A model generated the notes under the pieces. That model had not been told where the DNA came from. It did no database searches and saw only the letters and a program-made list of their open reading frames with translations. From a virus (taxonomy: Duplodnaviria; Caudoviricetes), in the IMG/VR virus record IMGVR_UViG_3300005805_000121, positions 1 to 50,792 of that record: a DNA stretch of 50,792 bases. One strand, given 5' to 3'. Both the position numbers and the translations under genes were made by a program. Every line of letters starts with the position of its first letter. Within the stretch, counting starts at the first letter, position 1. Positions 17,978 through 28,045 of this stretch are shown in pieces.

Positions 17978-18560
17978 TAGGTATGTAAACTACTTCACCC
18001 TTATCGCAAGATTCTTCTTTTTTCCAACCCAAACCAATTGAATTCCAATCTTTAGGATCTTTTTTCAATTCTACTATTTTTTCTTTCTTAGAAGTTTTTA
18101 CCAAACTTACATTTGGGTTATTCTCATTCCACCAAACATTAGCCAAATGTTTAAATTCAGAATCTTCTTCTGCGGAAATAAAGAATACTACATCGTCACA
18201 TATCTTCGATCTAATTTCTACGGAAGTAATATCTAAATGACCTTCTGTAATGATGTTACATTTACTCATAATCATCAAACCTATAATCTGATCGAAGGGA
18301 TCGTCGGGTACTGGACAAACTCTTATGTTGGCTTTAGAATACATTTCTATTGATTTTGGATCATTAAGGTTTACAAAAATACAACTTTCTAACCCAAAAT
18401 CAAAAAGATATTTGATTCTGTCCATTGCAATGTTTTGTTCATAGATATCTGATGTAGTCACAACCATGTGTAAATCTACTTCATAATCATTTATGAGAAA
18501 TGTTTTTTCGTGATGAATAGCTGCTTGAAAAACGAATTTTTTAGAAATTCTAGCGTTCAT
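17967..18560 (-). CDS. Hypothetical protein with weak QueD/PTPS (T-fold)-like pattern
   Basis: ISKKFVFQAAIH...YEVDLHM...MDRIKYLF echoes the QueD spacing but lacks the HGH motif. Confidence 0.6.
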   Translation of the reverse strand: MNARISKKFVFQAAIHHEKTFLINDYEVDLHMVVTTSDIYEQNIAMDRIKYLFDFGLESCIFVNLNDPKSIEMYSKANIRVCPVPDDPFDQIIGLMIMSKCNIITEGHLDITSVEIRSKICDDVVFFISAEEDSEFKHLANVWWNENNPNVSLVKTSKKEKIVELKKDPKDWNSIGLGWKKEESCDKGEVVYIPIDK

Positions 18561-18787
18561 TTTTTGTCTATACTAATTTTGGTATTTATTTTTTGGGCTT
18601 TGATCATTTCATTCATTTTGTCATTATAGGCTGTACGGTAGCTATCTATAGCCATGTTAAGCTGATGGATTAATGCCCCGTTGCCCATTCTATAAGCGAA
18701 TGTCAACTTACCTGTAAGATCAGATAGAGTTTTTTGTAACTCCTCTAAACTTTTATCTGACAAATTTGAAATGAAAGGATGTTGCAC
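18557..18787 (-). CDS. Small helical hypothetical protein
   Basis: GTG start 5 nt downstream of AATAAATA (18793-18800). Confidence 0.7.
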   Translation of the reverse strand: MQHPFISNLSDKSLEELQKTLSDLTGKLTFAYRMGNGALIHQLNMAIDSYRTAYNDKMNEMIKAQKINTKISIDKK

Positions 18788-18798
18788 CTAAATATTTA

Positions 18799-20070
18799 TT
18801 ACCAAGAAGAAAGAGCTACTCTTTTCCAAATGTCTGAACCTACGTAGGCAGTCGCACTACAACTTCCAGTAGCTGTAGTTAATGCAACTGTAGAATCAGC
18901 AACGCCGTTAGTTCTAGACCTACTTACTGTAATCGTTGTGCCGCTTGGAATAGTTTTTATATAGTACACCAACCCTGCTGTTATACCGCCAAATGTGGTT
19001 CCTGAAAAGATGATAGGAGCATTCACTACTAAACTTGTCGTATTACTTAATGTAATAACATTAGTTGACGTAGTGGTATTGGTCATAGTCTTAGTATATT
19101 CCGTAGAATTGTAATCTTGAAATGCAACATACATATACTGCACTTGACTAAAATACATTGTACCAGATGCTGCTGATAAATTTACATTGGCACCACCGGG
19201 CGAAGTGGCTACTGTAAAGTTAGTAGCAGAAGGAATAACTGCAACATAATATGTTGTTCCTGCTGTTATACCACCAAATGTTGATCCTGTAAAAGTCACA
19301 GGCATATCTATGTACAAAGAAGATGTATTGGATGTAGATATCTCATCGTTAGCATACGTGTTGCTGACAGTAAGTTGTGTTGTTCCGCTATCTACACACA
19401 CTGTTCCCACTACATCACCATCAAATCCTTTAGGTGATGGAGTTCTTTGTTGTATTTGAGTGGCTTGTCTAGGTCTATTATATGGTTCGATAGTTATTGT
19501 ATTACCACAATCTGTAGAACTTAACCTATAACTTAATTGACTGACGCCGTACGGGATGCTTACGTTACCTGATCCTGCGCCACCTCCGTAATTTTCTAAA
19601 GTGGTTAGTCCAAAGTTGTTATTTGAAGATACCACTTCAGTAGGCCAGCTTACTACAGCCGATGCATTACTAACACTTAATTGTAATTCTACATTGCTTT
19701 GTGTGCCATATGGGGCCCAATTACCAAACGTGAATTGCACGTTACCTGCTACTGTTCCGTATTGCACATCTCCTAAACTTACGTCAACTGCAACTGTTCC
19801 AGATAATGCGTTTCCTAAATTATAAGTTGTGGCTCTAAAACTTCTAGTAGCACAATTGCTAATCAAAGTATTAGCCATATCATTGTTAATGATTGTATTA
19901 TCCAGTGCTGCTTTAACTACGACTTTGTTTTGCAGGTCAGAGATTTCATCGCCGGCGAGGTCTAAGTTATTTTTGATGCTGGCAAAATTGTTCCTAAAAC
20001 CTTGCGAACTATTATTTTGTCCAGGAATAGGATAATTTACGTCGATTCCGTTAGTATTGATTGCACTCAT
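18799..20070 (-). CDS. Virion structural protein (baseplate/tail-associated) with two copies of a beta module
   Basis: T/S/N/G-rich; repeated FGGITAGxxYY units; C-terminal WKRVALSSW; late motif at 20089-20096. Confidence 0.7.
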   Translation of the reverse strand: MSAINTNGIDVNYPIPGQNNSSQGFRNNFASIKNNLDLAGDEISDLQNKVVVKAALDNTIINNDMANTLISNCATRSFRATTYNLGNALSGTVAVDVSLGDVQYGTVAGNVQFTFGNWAPYGTQSNVELQLSVSNASAVVSWPTEVVSSNNNFGLTTLENYGGGAGSGNVSIPYGVSQLSYRLSSTDCGNTITIEPYNRPRQATQIQQRTPSPKGFDGDVVGTVCVDSGTTQLTVSNTYANDEISTSNTSSLYIDMPVTFTGSTFGGITAGTTYYVAVIPSATNFTVATSPGGANVNLSAASGTMYFSQVQYMYVAFQDYNSTEYTKTMTNTTTSTNVITLSNTTSLVVNAPIIFSGTTFGGITAGLVYYIKTIPSGTTITVSRSRTNGVADSTVALTTATGSCSATAYVGSDIWKRVALSSW

Positions 20071-20100
20071 AAGTTTATTTCCATATAGTATTTATTATCA

Positions 20101-22608
20101 TTATTCCTTGGGTAAAATAGTTTGTCTAGGAAACAATACATAGAAGTTTTTACTATCCAACGGATCGGGTACCGGAGTAGCACTAGGTAAACCAGTCCAT
20201 GCGGGCGGGCTTGTATTTTTGTCATAGTTGTACGTAATACTCTTGTTGACACTGAATCTATCGATTTTAAAGTTAATTTCATTTAGTCTATACGGAATTC
20301 CTTCAGGTTTTAACCAAAACATATTAATATTATTTTTAATAATTTCAGCATAACCAGGTTTTGTATAGCATATTACCCAAGCTTGTGTATAACCTAATGT
20401 ACTACCATTTTCCTGTTGACTCGTCATCCATTTTGGTAATAGTGTGCTATCGAATTCTTGACCCAGTACTTGACCTACTCTGTTCCTCATATTAAACAAA
20501 CTGTTGGGGTACAAGTTTCGTACAAATCCAGGTGACAGGCTAGTATAGTATTCTTGTCCTAATATATCTTCGTAACTAGTGTAAATGTTCGTAACACTAG
20601 TATACCATGGACCTAAGAACAAATTAATAGGTCTAGGCCAGTATATTTCTTCAGACACACTAACTCCTTGTGGATTTACTAAATTATCCACAACTTGACT
20701 GTATACTACTTCATAAACTACAACACCGTTTTCATCTCTAGCCTGTGCAGTTTTAATTTCTCCTAGTGTTATATTTCTCCAATAGTGATTTTTTGTAACA
20801 GCCGCTATATATTCATCTATGTCGCTAGCGTATATACCAAACGCATGTTCATATATTACCTCACTAGCTTTTCCAAAGTAAATATCAGTTGGTCTATACA
20901 AATACTCTGTTGGTATTAACGATTCATTCGTTAATAATGTATTAATAATTTCTCTATCTTGTATACTAGGGGTCGCTTTGATATACAAAATATCCGTAGG
21001 TTGTACATATTCTTGTATCACCGTTAAAGTAAATTGTTTAGCAGATATTATTATAGGGTATAGAGGAGAAAAAGCTTCAATCGTAAAATTAAATGTAGTC
21101 TGTTCACCCAAATTTAATAATTCTGTAGTCGGTTGATTAGCTACGTATCCTGTAATTTCACCATTAGATAGTAATGTAAGATTGGGAGGGAGAGAACCTG
21201 CAGATACACGATATTCTAATTCTACATCTGAAACTGCTAGTACACTCTTTGTACTTATTGTTCCATTAAATATAGTTCCTAAATTACTAGGAGATACCCA
21301 CGTTATATTTCCATTAACTTCATTAGCTATGTTAAAAGAAAAATTAAAGAAGGGTGATTGTATAGTAGGATTGATTGTTTTGTAAACAGCTACACTGAAA
21401 CTAAATTGGTTGATACCGGTGGTAGATATTACGGGAGTTCCTGTAATCCAACCCGTAGAAGTATTACCTACTAATCCTAAAGGAAGTCCGGAATATACAT
21501 ATGTTAGTCCGTTGTTATCAAAATCTTGACCTATAATTTTGAAAGCAAAATAATTATCACTTTGGACGGTTCCTATAAATGCGGGAATGTTCGTTGGATA
21601 TGTGTCATAACCACTATCAGCCGGCGGCAACACATAATATCCGTAATATGGATTGTTGTTATTAATATTGAATGTTTCGGGTCTTGTGTTTAAAATAACA
21701 GGAACTCTTGTATTTACAGGGAAGCCAGGCCCTCCTTGACTTATAGGAGTGTTTTGATTAATTACTGTTATAGAATAGGAACTGATATCACCTCCAAGGG
21801 GACTATCTAATTGCAACGTAAAATTATAAGTTCGTATGGTAGGTTGGCCAACTGATATAGCAGGCAATGTCACTGTCATAAATCCAGTGCCACTAGTTAA
21901 TATGAATGTAGAACCATTTGGCGTTGAACTAATTGTAAAACTAGTGCTATTAATTACGGATTTAATATAGTATGTAATATTTTCTTCTATACCACCAAAC
22001 ATCACCGTACCACTAAAAGTTACAGGTCTGCCTACTGTAAATCCTGTAGTGCTTAAACATGTTATAATATTTGTTGTTTCTGTAACGGTAGCAGCGGTAG
22101 TAACAGAAGGAACTGTTATGTTGATAGTAGGTGCCTCTGGATATCCTCTTATTAAACCATTTTCGTTAATTTCTAAGCCTGCAGGTAATCTACCTTCTAA
22201 TAAAGATATTGTTACAGGATTTGTTGAATCAGGATTATCATATAGTATCGGTAGTTCAATCCAAACACTATCATTGGTGCTTAATATAGTTCCTGAAGGT
22301 GTAGTAAATGATGGAATGGCTGATCCAGTGATTGACATATTAAAGGTTCTATCACGTATATTGCTATAGTTGTCAGTAGCCCTTACCACAAAAATTGATA
22401 CAGTTTCTTCGGTGACTAGCGACGGAATACCATATATCAAACCATTCTCATCTATGCTTAAACCGGCCGGTAGATTACCACTTATTATTGCATAAGTTAC
22501 GGAAACCGCAGGTAAAACAGCATTAGCTGTTACAGAAATTGAAACAGCTACGCCAGATGGAAAAATACCTAATGATCCTGCAGGTGTGACCCATACTGGT
22601 TGTGCCAT
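20101..22608 (-). CDS. Virion structural protein with multiple Ig-like repeats (probable baseplate wedge-associated)
   Basis: Repeated PxWxTPxGxL...SGxLPxGLxLxxxGxIxG units. Confidence 0.75.
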   Translation of the reverse strand: MAQPVWVTPAGSLGIFPSGVAVSISVTANAVLPAVSVTYAIISGNLPAGLSIDENGLIYGIPSLVTEETVSIFVVRATDNYSNIRDRTFNMSITGSAIPSFTTPSGTILSTNDSVWIELPILYDNPDSTNPVTISLLEGRLPAGLEINENGLIRGYPEAPTINITVPSVTTAATVTETTNIITCLSTTGFTVGRPVTFSGTVMFGGIEENITYYIKSVINSTSFTISSTPNGSTFILTSGTGFMTVTLPAISVGQPTIRTYNFTLQLDSPLGGDISSYSITVINQNTPISQGGPGFPVNTRVPVILNTRPETFNINNNNPYYGYYVLPPADSGYDTYPTNIPAFIGTVQSDNYFAFKIIGQDFDNNGLTYVYSGLPLGLVGNTSTGWITGTPVISTTGINQFSFSVAVYKTINPTIQSPFFNFSFNIANEVNGNITWVSPSNLGTIFNGTISTKSVLAVSDVELEYRVSAGSLPPNLTLLSNGEITGYVANQPTTELLNLGEQTTFNFTIEAFSPLYPIIISAKQFTLTVIQEYVQPTDILYIKATPSIQDREIINTLLTNESLIPTEYLYRPTDIYFGKASEVIYEHAFGIYASDIDEYIAAVTKNHYWRNITLGEIKTAQARDENGVVVYEVVYSQVVDNLVNPQGVSVSEEIYWPRPINLFLGPWYTSVTNIYTSYEDILGQEYYTSLSPGFVRNLYPNSLFNMRNRVGQVLGQEFDSTLLPKWMTSQQENGSTLGYTQAWVICYTKPGYAEIIKNNINMFWLKPEGIPYRLNEINFKIDRFSVNKSITYNYDKNTSPPAWTGLPSATPVPDPLDSKNFYVLFPRQTILPKE

Positions 22609-22609
22609 A

Positions 22610-23233
22610 TTAATGTGCGCCTAAATGCTGTAATGCTAAATGATAATGATGCTGGCGGTCTGCTAATCCAATCGTACCACCATTAATACGTTTAGTTAAT
22701 GTGATAAAATCATCACGATCACAGTACTGATTTAATTTATTATTATCCCAAAACCAACCAGCACTTGCTACTGCACCATTAGGTGTTTCGAGATATGCAA
22801 TCGTGCTATCAATATCCATGTCTAGTGCTTCAGCAAATCGTGTGTAATTATCACGACCAGTAAGTTGTATTAATCCACGACCACGAAACTTCCAACCATC
22901 TCCGCTAGCTTCGTCACCGTTTTTCATGCGGTTAGCATAGACACGATTTGCAATCTTTTCTGGTTGTCTTTCATACTGTTTTGCTAGTTCTTCAGTTGGA
23001 AAATATTTTTTAAAAGTTGTCATTAAACCTTTAGCACTATAGTTGAGATTTTCCTTCACAAAATTGAATCCACCGCTTTCATGTGCGATTTGTGCTAAGA
23101 ACCCCGCGACACGTTTAGGATTTTGAAACATGTCATAATATTCTGCTACCGTATTTAATGGCTCTACGTATCCTTCTAATACTACTCGTTTTGTCTTTGG
23201 GCACATAGCCTGCAATATTTCTAATGTTACCAT
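22610..23233 (-). CDS. Glycoside hydrolase family 19 endolysin/lysozyme
   Basis: FLAQIAHESGGF, ENLNYS, FRGRGLIQLTGRDNY, TKRINGG. Confidence 0.92.
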   Translation of the reverse strand: MVTLEILQAMCPKTKRVVLEGYVEPLNTVAEYYDMFQNPKRVAGFLAQIAHESGGFNFVKENLNYSAKGLMTTFKKYFPTEELAKQYERQPEKIANRVYANRMKNGDEASGDGWKFRGRGLIQLTGRDNYTRFAEALDMDIDSTIAYLETPNGAVASAGWFWDNNKLNQYCDRDDFITLTKRINGGTIGLADRQHHYHLALQHLGAH

Positions 23234-23245
23234 AGTTCACCTTTC

Positions 23246-25828
23246 TTATGCGTATGTAGCACCAACCGAATACCATTGTGTACTAGTTGGGGCAATAAAT
23301 TGTAATGTAGCTCCTGACCCTTGCGAAAGTGAAGCGTTTGTAGCTAACGTGTTTATTTTTGCACCGCTGGCAGGGAATACATTTAAGGCAGATGCACTTG
23401 TATTAGTTATAAAAATAGACATTCCTGCTATAGCTGCTGGTAATACTACTCCGTTGGCTCCTCCAGCTACAGTACTTACAACGTTTACTGTATTACCCAA
23501 TGATGCTGCTGTACCTTGTGTGGTGCCGGCTGCTGATATACCTGTTTGTACACTGTACATCAAGTATTTGTTTACTGTGAATCCAGTAGGTCCGAACGCA
23601 GTTACGTTTGCAACACCGCTAATTCCTACCGTTATCAAACTATCTAGTGCTACAACAAGATTGCTGGTTCCATTAGCTAAACTAGTAGGACTTGCACCTG
23701 ATACACCTGATGTTCCTGATGCACCTGACCAGCCACTGACACCTGATGTTCCTGATGCTCCACTCCATCCTGATCTACCTGATGTACCGGTATATCCACT
23801 TACACCAGTAGTACCTGAAGTTCCAGTATATCCACTTACACCAGTAGTACCTGAAGTTCCAGTATATCCACTTACACCTGATATGCCGCTTGTTCCTGAC
23901 CATCCACTTACACCTGATATGCCGCTTGTTCCTGACCATCCACTTACACCTGAAGTTCCGGATGCACCACTCCACCCTGATCTGCCTGAAGTTCCACTTG
24001 TACCTGAATATCCACTTACACCAGTAGTACCTGAAGTTCCACTTGTACCTGAATATCCACTGACACCTGTTGTACCTGAAGCTCCTGAAAAACCAGAAGG
24101 ACCTTGAATAGGACCTACGTTAGTCCAATTGTTTGCACCGTCTGACAAAGCACCATCACCAGCATTATAGCCGCCACCTGCATTCAATACCAAATATAAA
24201 GTTCCAGCCGGGGTGCCAGTGGGTAATAAAGTAGAGTTCGCAACTGATCCGGATAGCAATACCGATTGACCAGAATATCCAGATTCTCCACTCCATCCTG
24301 ATCTACCTGAAGTTCCTGTGTATCCTGATATGCCTGTTGTTCCAGAAGCGCCAGACCATCCACTTAATCCAGTAAATCCTGATCTACCTGATATACCAGT
24401 AGTACCACTATATCCACTTATACCTGTAGTTCCCGATGTACCACTATATCCGCTTATACCTGTAGTTCCACTGTAGCCACTAGTACCTGATATACCACTA
24501 ATTCCCGACCATCCTGAAACACCAGTAGTACCGCTAGTTCCTGATATACCTGTAGTACCACTCCATCCAGATACACCAGTAGTACCTGAATAACCACTTA
24601 TACCTGACGTACCTGATATACCTGAAACACCGGTGTATCCTGAAACACCGGTGTATCCTGATATACCAGTAGTGCCGCTCCATCCTGATCTACCACTTAC
24701 ACCTGTTGTACCTGATGCGCCACTCCAACCACTTACACCTGTTGTACCACTATATCCACTCACACCCGTATAGCCAGAAGGTCCTGAATATCCACTTATA
24801 CCTGTAGTGCCTGATTCACCACTCCACCCTGAGATGCCTGTAGTACCACTCCACCCTGAGATACCTGTAGTGCCACTCCATCCTGATCTACCTGAAGTTC
24901 CAGTGTACCCACTAATACCGGTAGTTCCACTATATCCACTAATACCTGTTGTACCAGTCCATCCTGAAGTACCACTATATCCACTTACACCTGTAACACC
25001 TGACCAACCACTAATACCTGAAGTACCACTCCACCCTGAAGTACCACTCCAACCCGATCTACCTGAGGTACCTGTCCATCCCGACACGCCTGTAGTACCG
25101 GAATAACCACTTATACCTGTAGTGCCACTCCATCCTGAACGTCCTGATGCACCCGACCACCCTGAGGTTGCATTGCCCCATGTTAGATTGCCGGTGCCGT
25201 CAGTGATTAGTGCTTGTCCATTAGTTCCACCTGTTATCTTTATATTACCTACAGCACCTAATGAAACATTACTCGCATTGATAAGATTAGCGACCCCTGT
25301 AGCAACCAAATTACCAGATGATGTGAGATTTCCAGTTACTGTTAAATTACCAAATGAGCCACTGGCGCCAGTGAATGCAGTAACAACATTCAAATTGCCG
25401 GCGCTTGCATTGCTAGAAACAGTTAAATTACCTAAAATACCAGAAAAACCTGACACACTATTTGCTGCAAGCTGTCCCGTTATATTAATATTAACAACGT
25501 TTGCGATTGTAGAAGGTAAATCTATCCAAAGAGTTTGTGAACTAGAGGTAATAGAAGTATCTTGTGATCCATTAGTATCTCTACCAATGCTCAATGTACT
25601 AGTGTGAACTTGAACACAGGCAATGTTTGCTGTAATAATTACGTTACCTGTAGGAGAGCTTACCGTTATACCTGCACCGGGCGTTCTATTGATCGATACT
25701 ACCGAGCCACCAGCAAAGCCGTTATAAATTTCCGTAAAGTTTTGTTGTACTTTTTGAAACGCTGTTCTTATCGCATCGGCATCTGGATCGTCAGGGAATG
25801 TGCCAAAATCAATATTTTGTTGAGCCAT
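23246..25828 (-). CDS. Fibre protein: gp9/gp10-like N-terminal baseplate anchor + long Gly-X-Ser/Thr collagen-like repeat + C-terminal beta domain
   Basis: N-terminus QQNIDFGTFPDDPDADAIRTAFQKVQQNFTEIY; two long GX[S/T] tracts; late motif at 25850-25857. Confidence 0.8.
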   Translation of the reverse strand: MAQQNIDFGTFPDDPDADAIRTAFQKVQQNFTEIYNGFAGGSVVSINRTPGAGITVSSPTGNVIITANIACVQVHTSTLSIGRDTNGSQDTSITSSSQTLWIDLPSTIANVVNINITGQLAANSVSGFSGILGNLTVSSNASAGNLNVVTAFTGASGSFGNLTVTGNLTSSGNLVATGVANLINASNVSLGAVGNIKITGGTNGQALITDGTGNLTWGNATSGWSGASGRSGWSGTTGISGYSGTTGVSGWTGTSGRSGWSGTSGWSGTSGISGWSGVTGVSGYSGTSGWTGTTGISGYSGTTGISGYTGTSGRSGWSGTTGISGWSGTTGISGWSGESGTTGISGYSGPSGYTGVSGYSGTTGVSGWSGASGTTGVSGRSGWSGTTGISGYTGVSGYTGVSGISGTSGISGYSGTTGVSGWSGTTGISGTSGTTGVSGWSGISGISGTSGYSGTTGISGYSGTSGTTGISGYSGTTGISGRSGFTGLSGWSGASGTTGISGYTGTSGRSGWSGESGYSGQSVLLSGSVANSTLLPTGTPAGTLYLVLNAGGGYNAGDGALSDGANNWTNVGPIQGPSGFSGASGTTGVSGYSGTSGTSGTTGVSGYSGTSGTSGRSGWSGASGTSGVSGWSGTSGISGVSGWSGTSGISGVSGYTGTSGTTGVSGYTGTSGTTGVSGYTGTSGRSGWSGASGTSGVSGWSGASGTSGVSGASPTSLANGTSNLVVALDSLITVGISGVANVTAFGPTGFTVNKYLMYSVQTGISAAGTTQGTAASLGNTVNVVSTVAGGANGVVLPAAIAGMSIFITNTSASALNVFPASGAKINTLATNASLSQGSGATLQFIAPTSTQWYSVGATYA
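23693..25168 (-). repeat. Coding 9-bp-period repeat (Gly-X-Ser/Thr)n in two blocks, with exact 36-bp tandem duplications
   Basis: Blocks at about 24270-25168 and 23693-24107; e.g. gtatatccacttacaccagtagtacctgaagttcca repeated from 23790. Confidence 0.9.
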
Positions 25829-25881
25829 GTTCTATGTCACCTTATTAAGTATTTATCGTTTTTGATACAAACCCCATGTCC

Positions 25882-25908
25882 AAAAAAAAGCCCGACTTAA
25901 GTCGGGCT
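25882..25908 (-). terminator. Intrinsic terminator
   Basis: AGCCCGAC-TTAA-GTCGGGCT followed by a T run on the minus strand. Confidence 0.88.
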
Positions 25909-25925
25909 AATATAACGTATGAACG

Positions 25926-28031
25926 TTAAATACCTGCTAATTTTTTCCACTCGTTAATAGATTCATGTGCTACCATTCTATCATGTTGACTAGAAACTAC
26001 AGGGATAGTAGTCTGTCCAGTAGATTTAGGTTTGTTTAGTCCACCGGAAATTACTTTCGTTATAAAATCTATATCTGCGTCAAATGATTCATCGTCAAAG
26101 TCTTTTGCTTTTTCGCCAGCGTCATTTGCCCATTCAGTAACTTGTTCTTCACCTTCTTCGCTAGCTTCGCCACCGTCTCCACCTTCGTTAGTAGTAACCG
26201 TAGCAGACTTTTGATCCGATTTAGCAAGTGCCATATCTTCTGCTGCCTCAGCATTTTCATCGGCTGTTGTTTCTGCTGCTCCACTGTCAGGTGGATTGTT
26301 TTCTGCAACTTGTTCTTCTTCTTGGTCGTAAGATTCTTCTTCTCCCATTACAGCTTCTTCATCACATTGGCATTTGGACTCCATGTAACCGCATTCATTG
26401 CAGGTGCCTTCATCAGTATGCTCATGATCATGTTCTTCGTGACCTTCTTCGTCGGCGTAATCTTCGGAGCCATGAGAATCACCCCCTGATACCTTCTTGA
26501 TTAATGACATCATGCCATCATGATCACCTACCACTTTGATATCACCATGAGATGCTGCAACTTCACTGCCATCGGGTACACCATAACCATCTTGCTTATC
26601 ATCACCAAACAAGCCTAACCCAGCTTGTTTAATTAAACTTAATAGTGCATCAGCTTCTCCATCTTGTGCAGAAACTGTTACTGCATCTGGCATTCCTTGT
26701 TGGCCTTTACTAATAGATACCGTCATTCCTTCTTCGACTTTTTCACTTTCTAATAGTGCATTTAGTTGGTTATCTAATGATTCAAATGCTAACTCATCTA
26801 GTTTAGCATCATATCCGGATCTATCAGTAAAAGACTTGCCACCTACAGTAAACTTACCACCAGGTGGAGTTTTTGCAAGTGCTGCCGTAAATGCATTACC
26901 TTCTTCTACGTCAGCTTCCATTGCAGGTTGCGCTTGTGCAGCCATACCACCTGTTGTTGCCGGTGGAGTTGCCGGTGCTTCTTCGTATACACCTTGACCG
27001 TAGCACTCGTCTAGACCTTCTTTGTACCCTTCGTGATACATACGTACTTCATCTAGATCGTCGTACTTACAATTATATGCTTCTTTTGCAAGAGCATGTG
27101 CTTTACCTAATAATTTAGCAGAACTATGTCTATGAGAACTTTCGTTCATTTTCTTTTTCTTTTTAGCATCTTTCGCTGCATCAGACATTGGTTCTTTTTT
27201 ATTTTTATCTTTGTCTAAGTCTAGGAAATCAGGTTTCTTACCTTCTAATGTAGTTTGACTGCGACCCGCTCCCAAACCTGCACCCATTGCAGTTTGATTA
27301 TCCATTGTAGGTTGCTCAACTTCTTTCAACTTGCTCAAAGTTTTTGCTAATACTGCTTGCTTTTCTGTTTTAGCAGGATATTTTTCTTTGTTTGCTAATA
27401 CTTTACCTGCAAATGCAGAAGGAGTCATACCGTGAGATTTTGCTTTCTTAGTAAAAGCACCGGGGTGTTTAATAGCACCTTTAATCCATTTCTCTCCGCC
27501 TTCTTCAGTCATTTCTTCAGAGCCGCGCATTTGTACTTTACCCTGTGCTACAGCTCCTTGTATATTCTTTACTGCTGCGGCGTCACCTGTTGCCATTACT
27601 TTATTGCTTGCTGGATCAACCAATTGTGCGGCGCCTGGCATAGGCTTAACTGTTAATTGTTGACCTGGCGCTGCTTCTGCAACATATTTGGCTTCAACTT
27701 GTTCTACCCAATCTTTAAGAGTATGTTTCTTACCGGGCTTACCTGGAAGTTTACCACCGGGCAAGTTGCCTACCATGAAACTTTGTAGGTTCTTAGCATT
27801 GTCGTACTTTGCTACTTTACCTGTATCGCTATCGGCACCTTTCTTAGGACGACCACGACCTCGCTTTGCTGCAGGTTCTTTCTTTTCGTCTTTCTTTTCG
27901 TCACCTTCTTCGTCGGTGTCAAATTTACGGCCATAACCACCCGGGTCTGCTGTGTGCTTACGTCCAGTAGGAGTTTCTTCAGTACCCTCACTTAACTGGC
28001 TCAACTGTTGTAACATTGATTTGAAATCCAT
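25926..28031 (-). CDS. Large acidic, low-complexity protein, probable prohead core/internal head polyprotein, with an AT-hook
   Basis: KRGRGRPKK; KKPDFLDLDKDKNKKEPM module; many [LIVM]-X-E|[SAG] sites; ends KKLAGI. Confidence 0.65.
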   Translation of the reverse strand: MDFKSMLQQLSQLSEGTEETPTGRKHTADPGGYGRKFDTDEEGDEKKDEKKEPAAKRGRGRPKKGADSDTGKVAKYDNAKNLQSFMVGNLPGGKLPGKPGKKHTLKDWVEQVEAKYVAEAAPGQQLTVKPMPGAAQLVDPASNKVMATGDAAAVKNIQGAVAQGKVQMRGSEEMTEEGGEKWIKGAIKHPGAFTKKAKSHGMTPSAFAGKVLANKEKYPAKTEKQAVLAKTLSKLKEVEQPTMDNQTAMGAGLGAGRSQTTLEGKKPDFLDLDKDKNKKEPMSDAAKDAKKKKKMNESSHRHSSAKLLGKAHALAKEAYNCKYDDLDEVRMYHEGYKEGLDECYGQGVYEEAPATPPATTGGMAAQAQPAMEADVEEGNAFTAALAKTPPGGKFTVGGKSFTDRSGYDAKLDELAFESLDNQLNALLESEKVEEGMTVSISKGQQGMPDAVTVSAQDGEADALLSLIKQAGLGLFGDDKQDGYGVPDGSEVAASHGDIKVVGDHDGMMSLIKKVSGGDSHGSEDYADEEGHEEHDHEHTDEGTCNECGYMESKCQCDEEAVMGEEESYDQEEEQVAENNPPDSGAAETTADENAEAAEDMALAKSDQKSATVTTNEGGDGGEASEEGEEQVTEWANDAGEKAKDFDDESFDADIDFITKVISGGLNKPKSTGQTTIPVVSSQHDRMVAHESINEWKKLAGI

Positions 28032-28045
28032 TTTCTATTTCCTTA

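Noticed and set aside
23693-25168. Periodic repeats as a possible CRISPR array
   Set aside because: The 9-bp periodicity is in frame within a CDS, with no constant repeat/unique spacer structure and no cas genes.
23693-25168. Ice-nucleation-protein-like repeat
   Set aside because: The period is 3 residues (Gly-X-S/T), not the 8/16-residue AGYGSTxT unit.
23349-25607. Long plus-strand Pro/Val-rich ORFs (23349-24107, 24807-25106, 25122-25607)
   Set aside because: Antisense shadows of the Gly-X-Ser/Thr codon repeat; no promoter or SD support.
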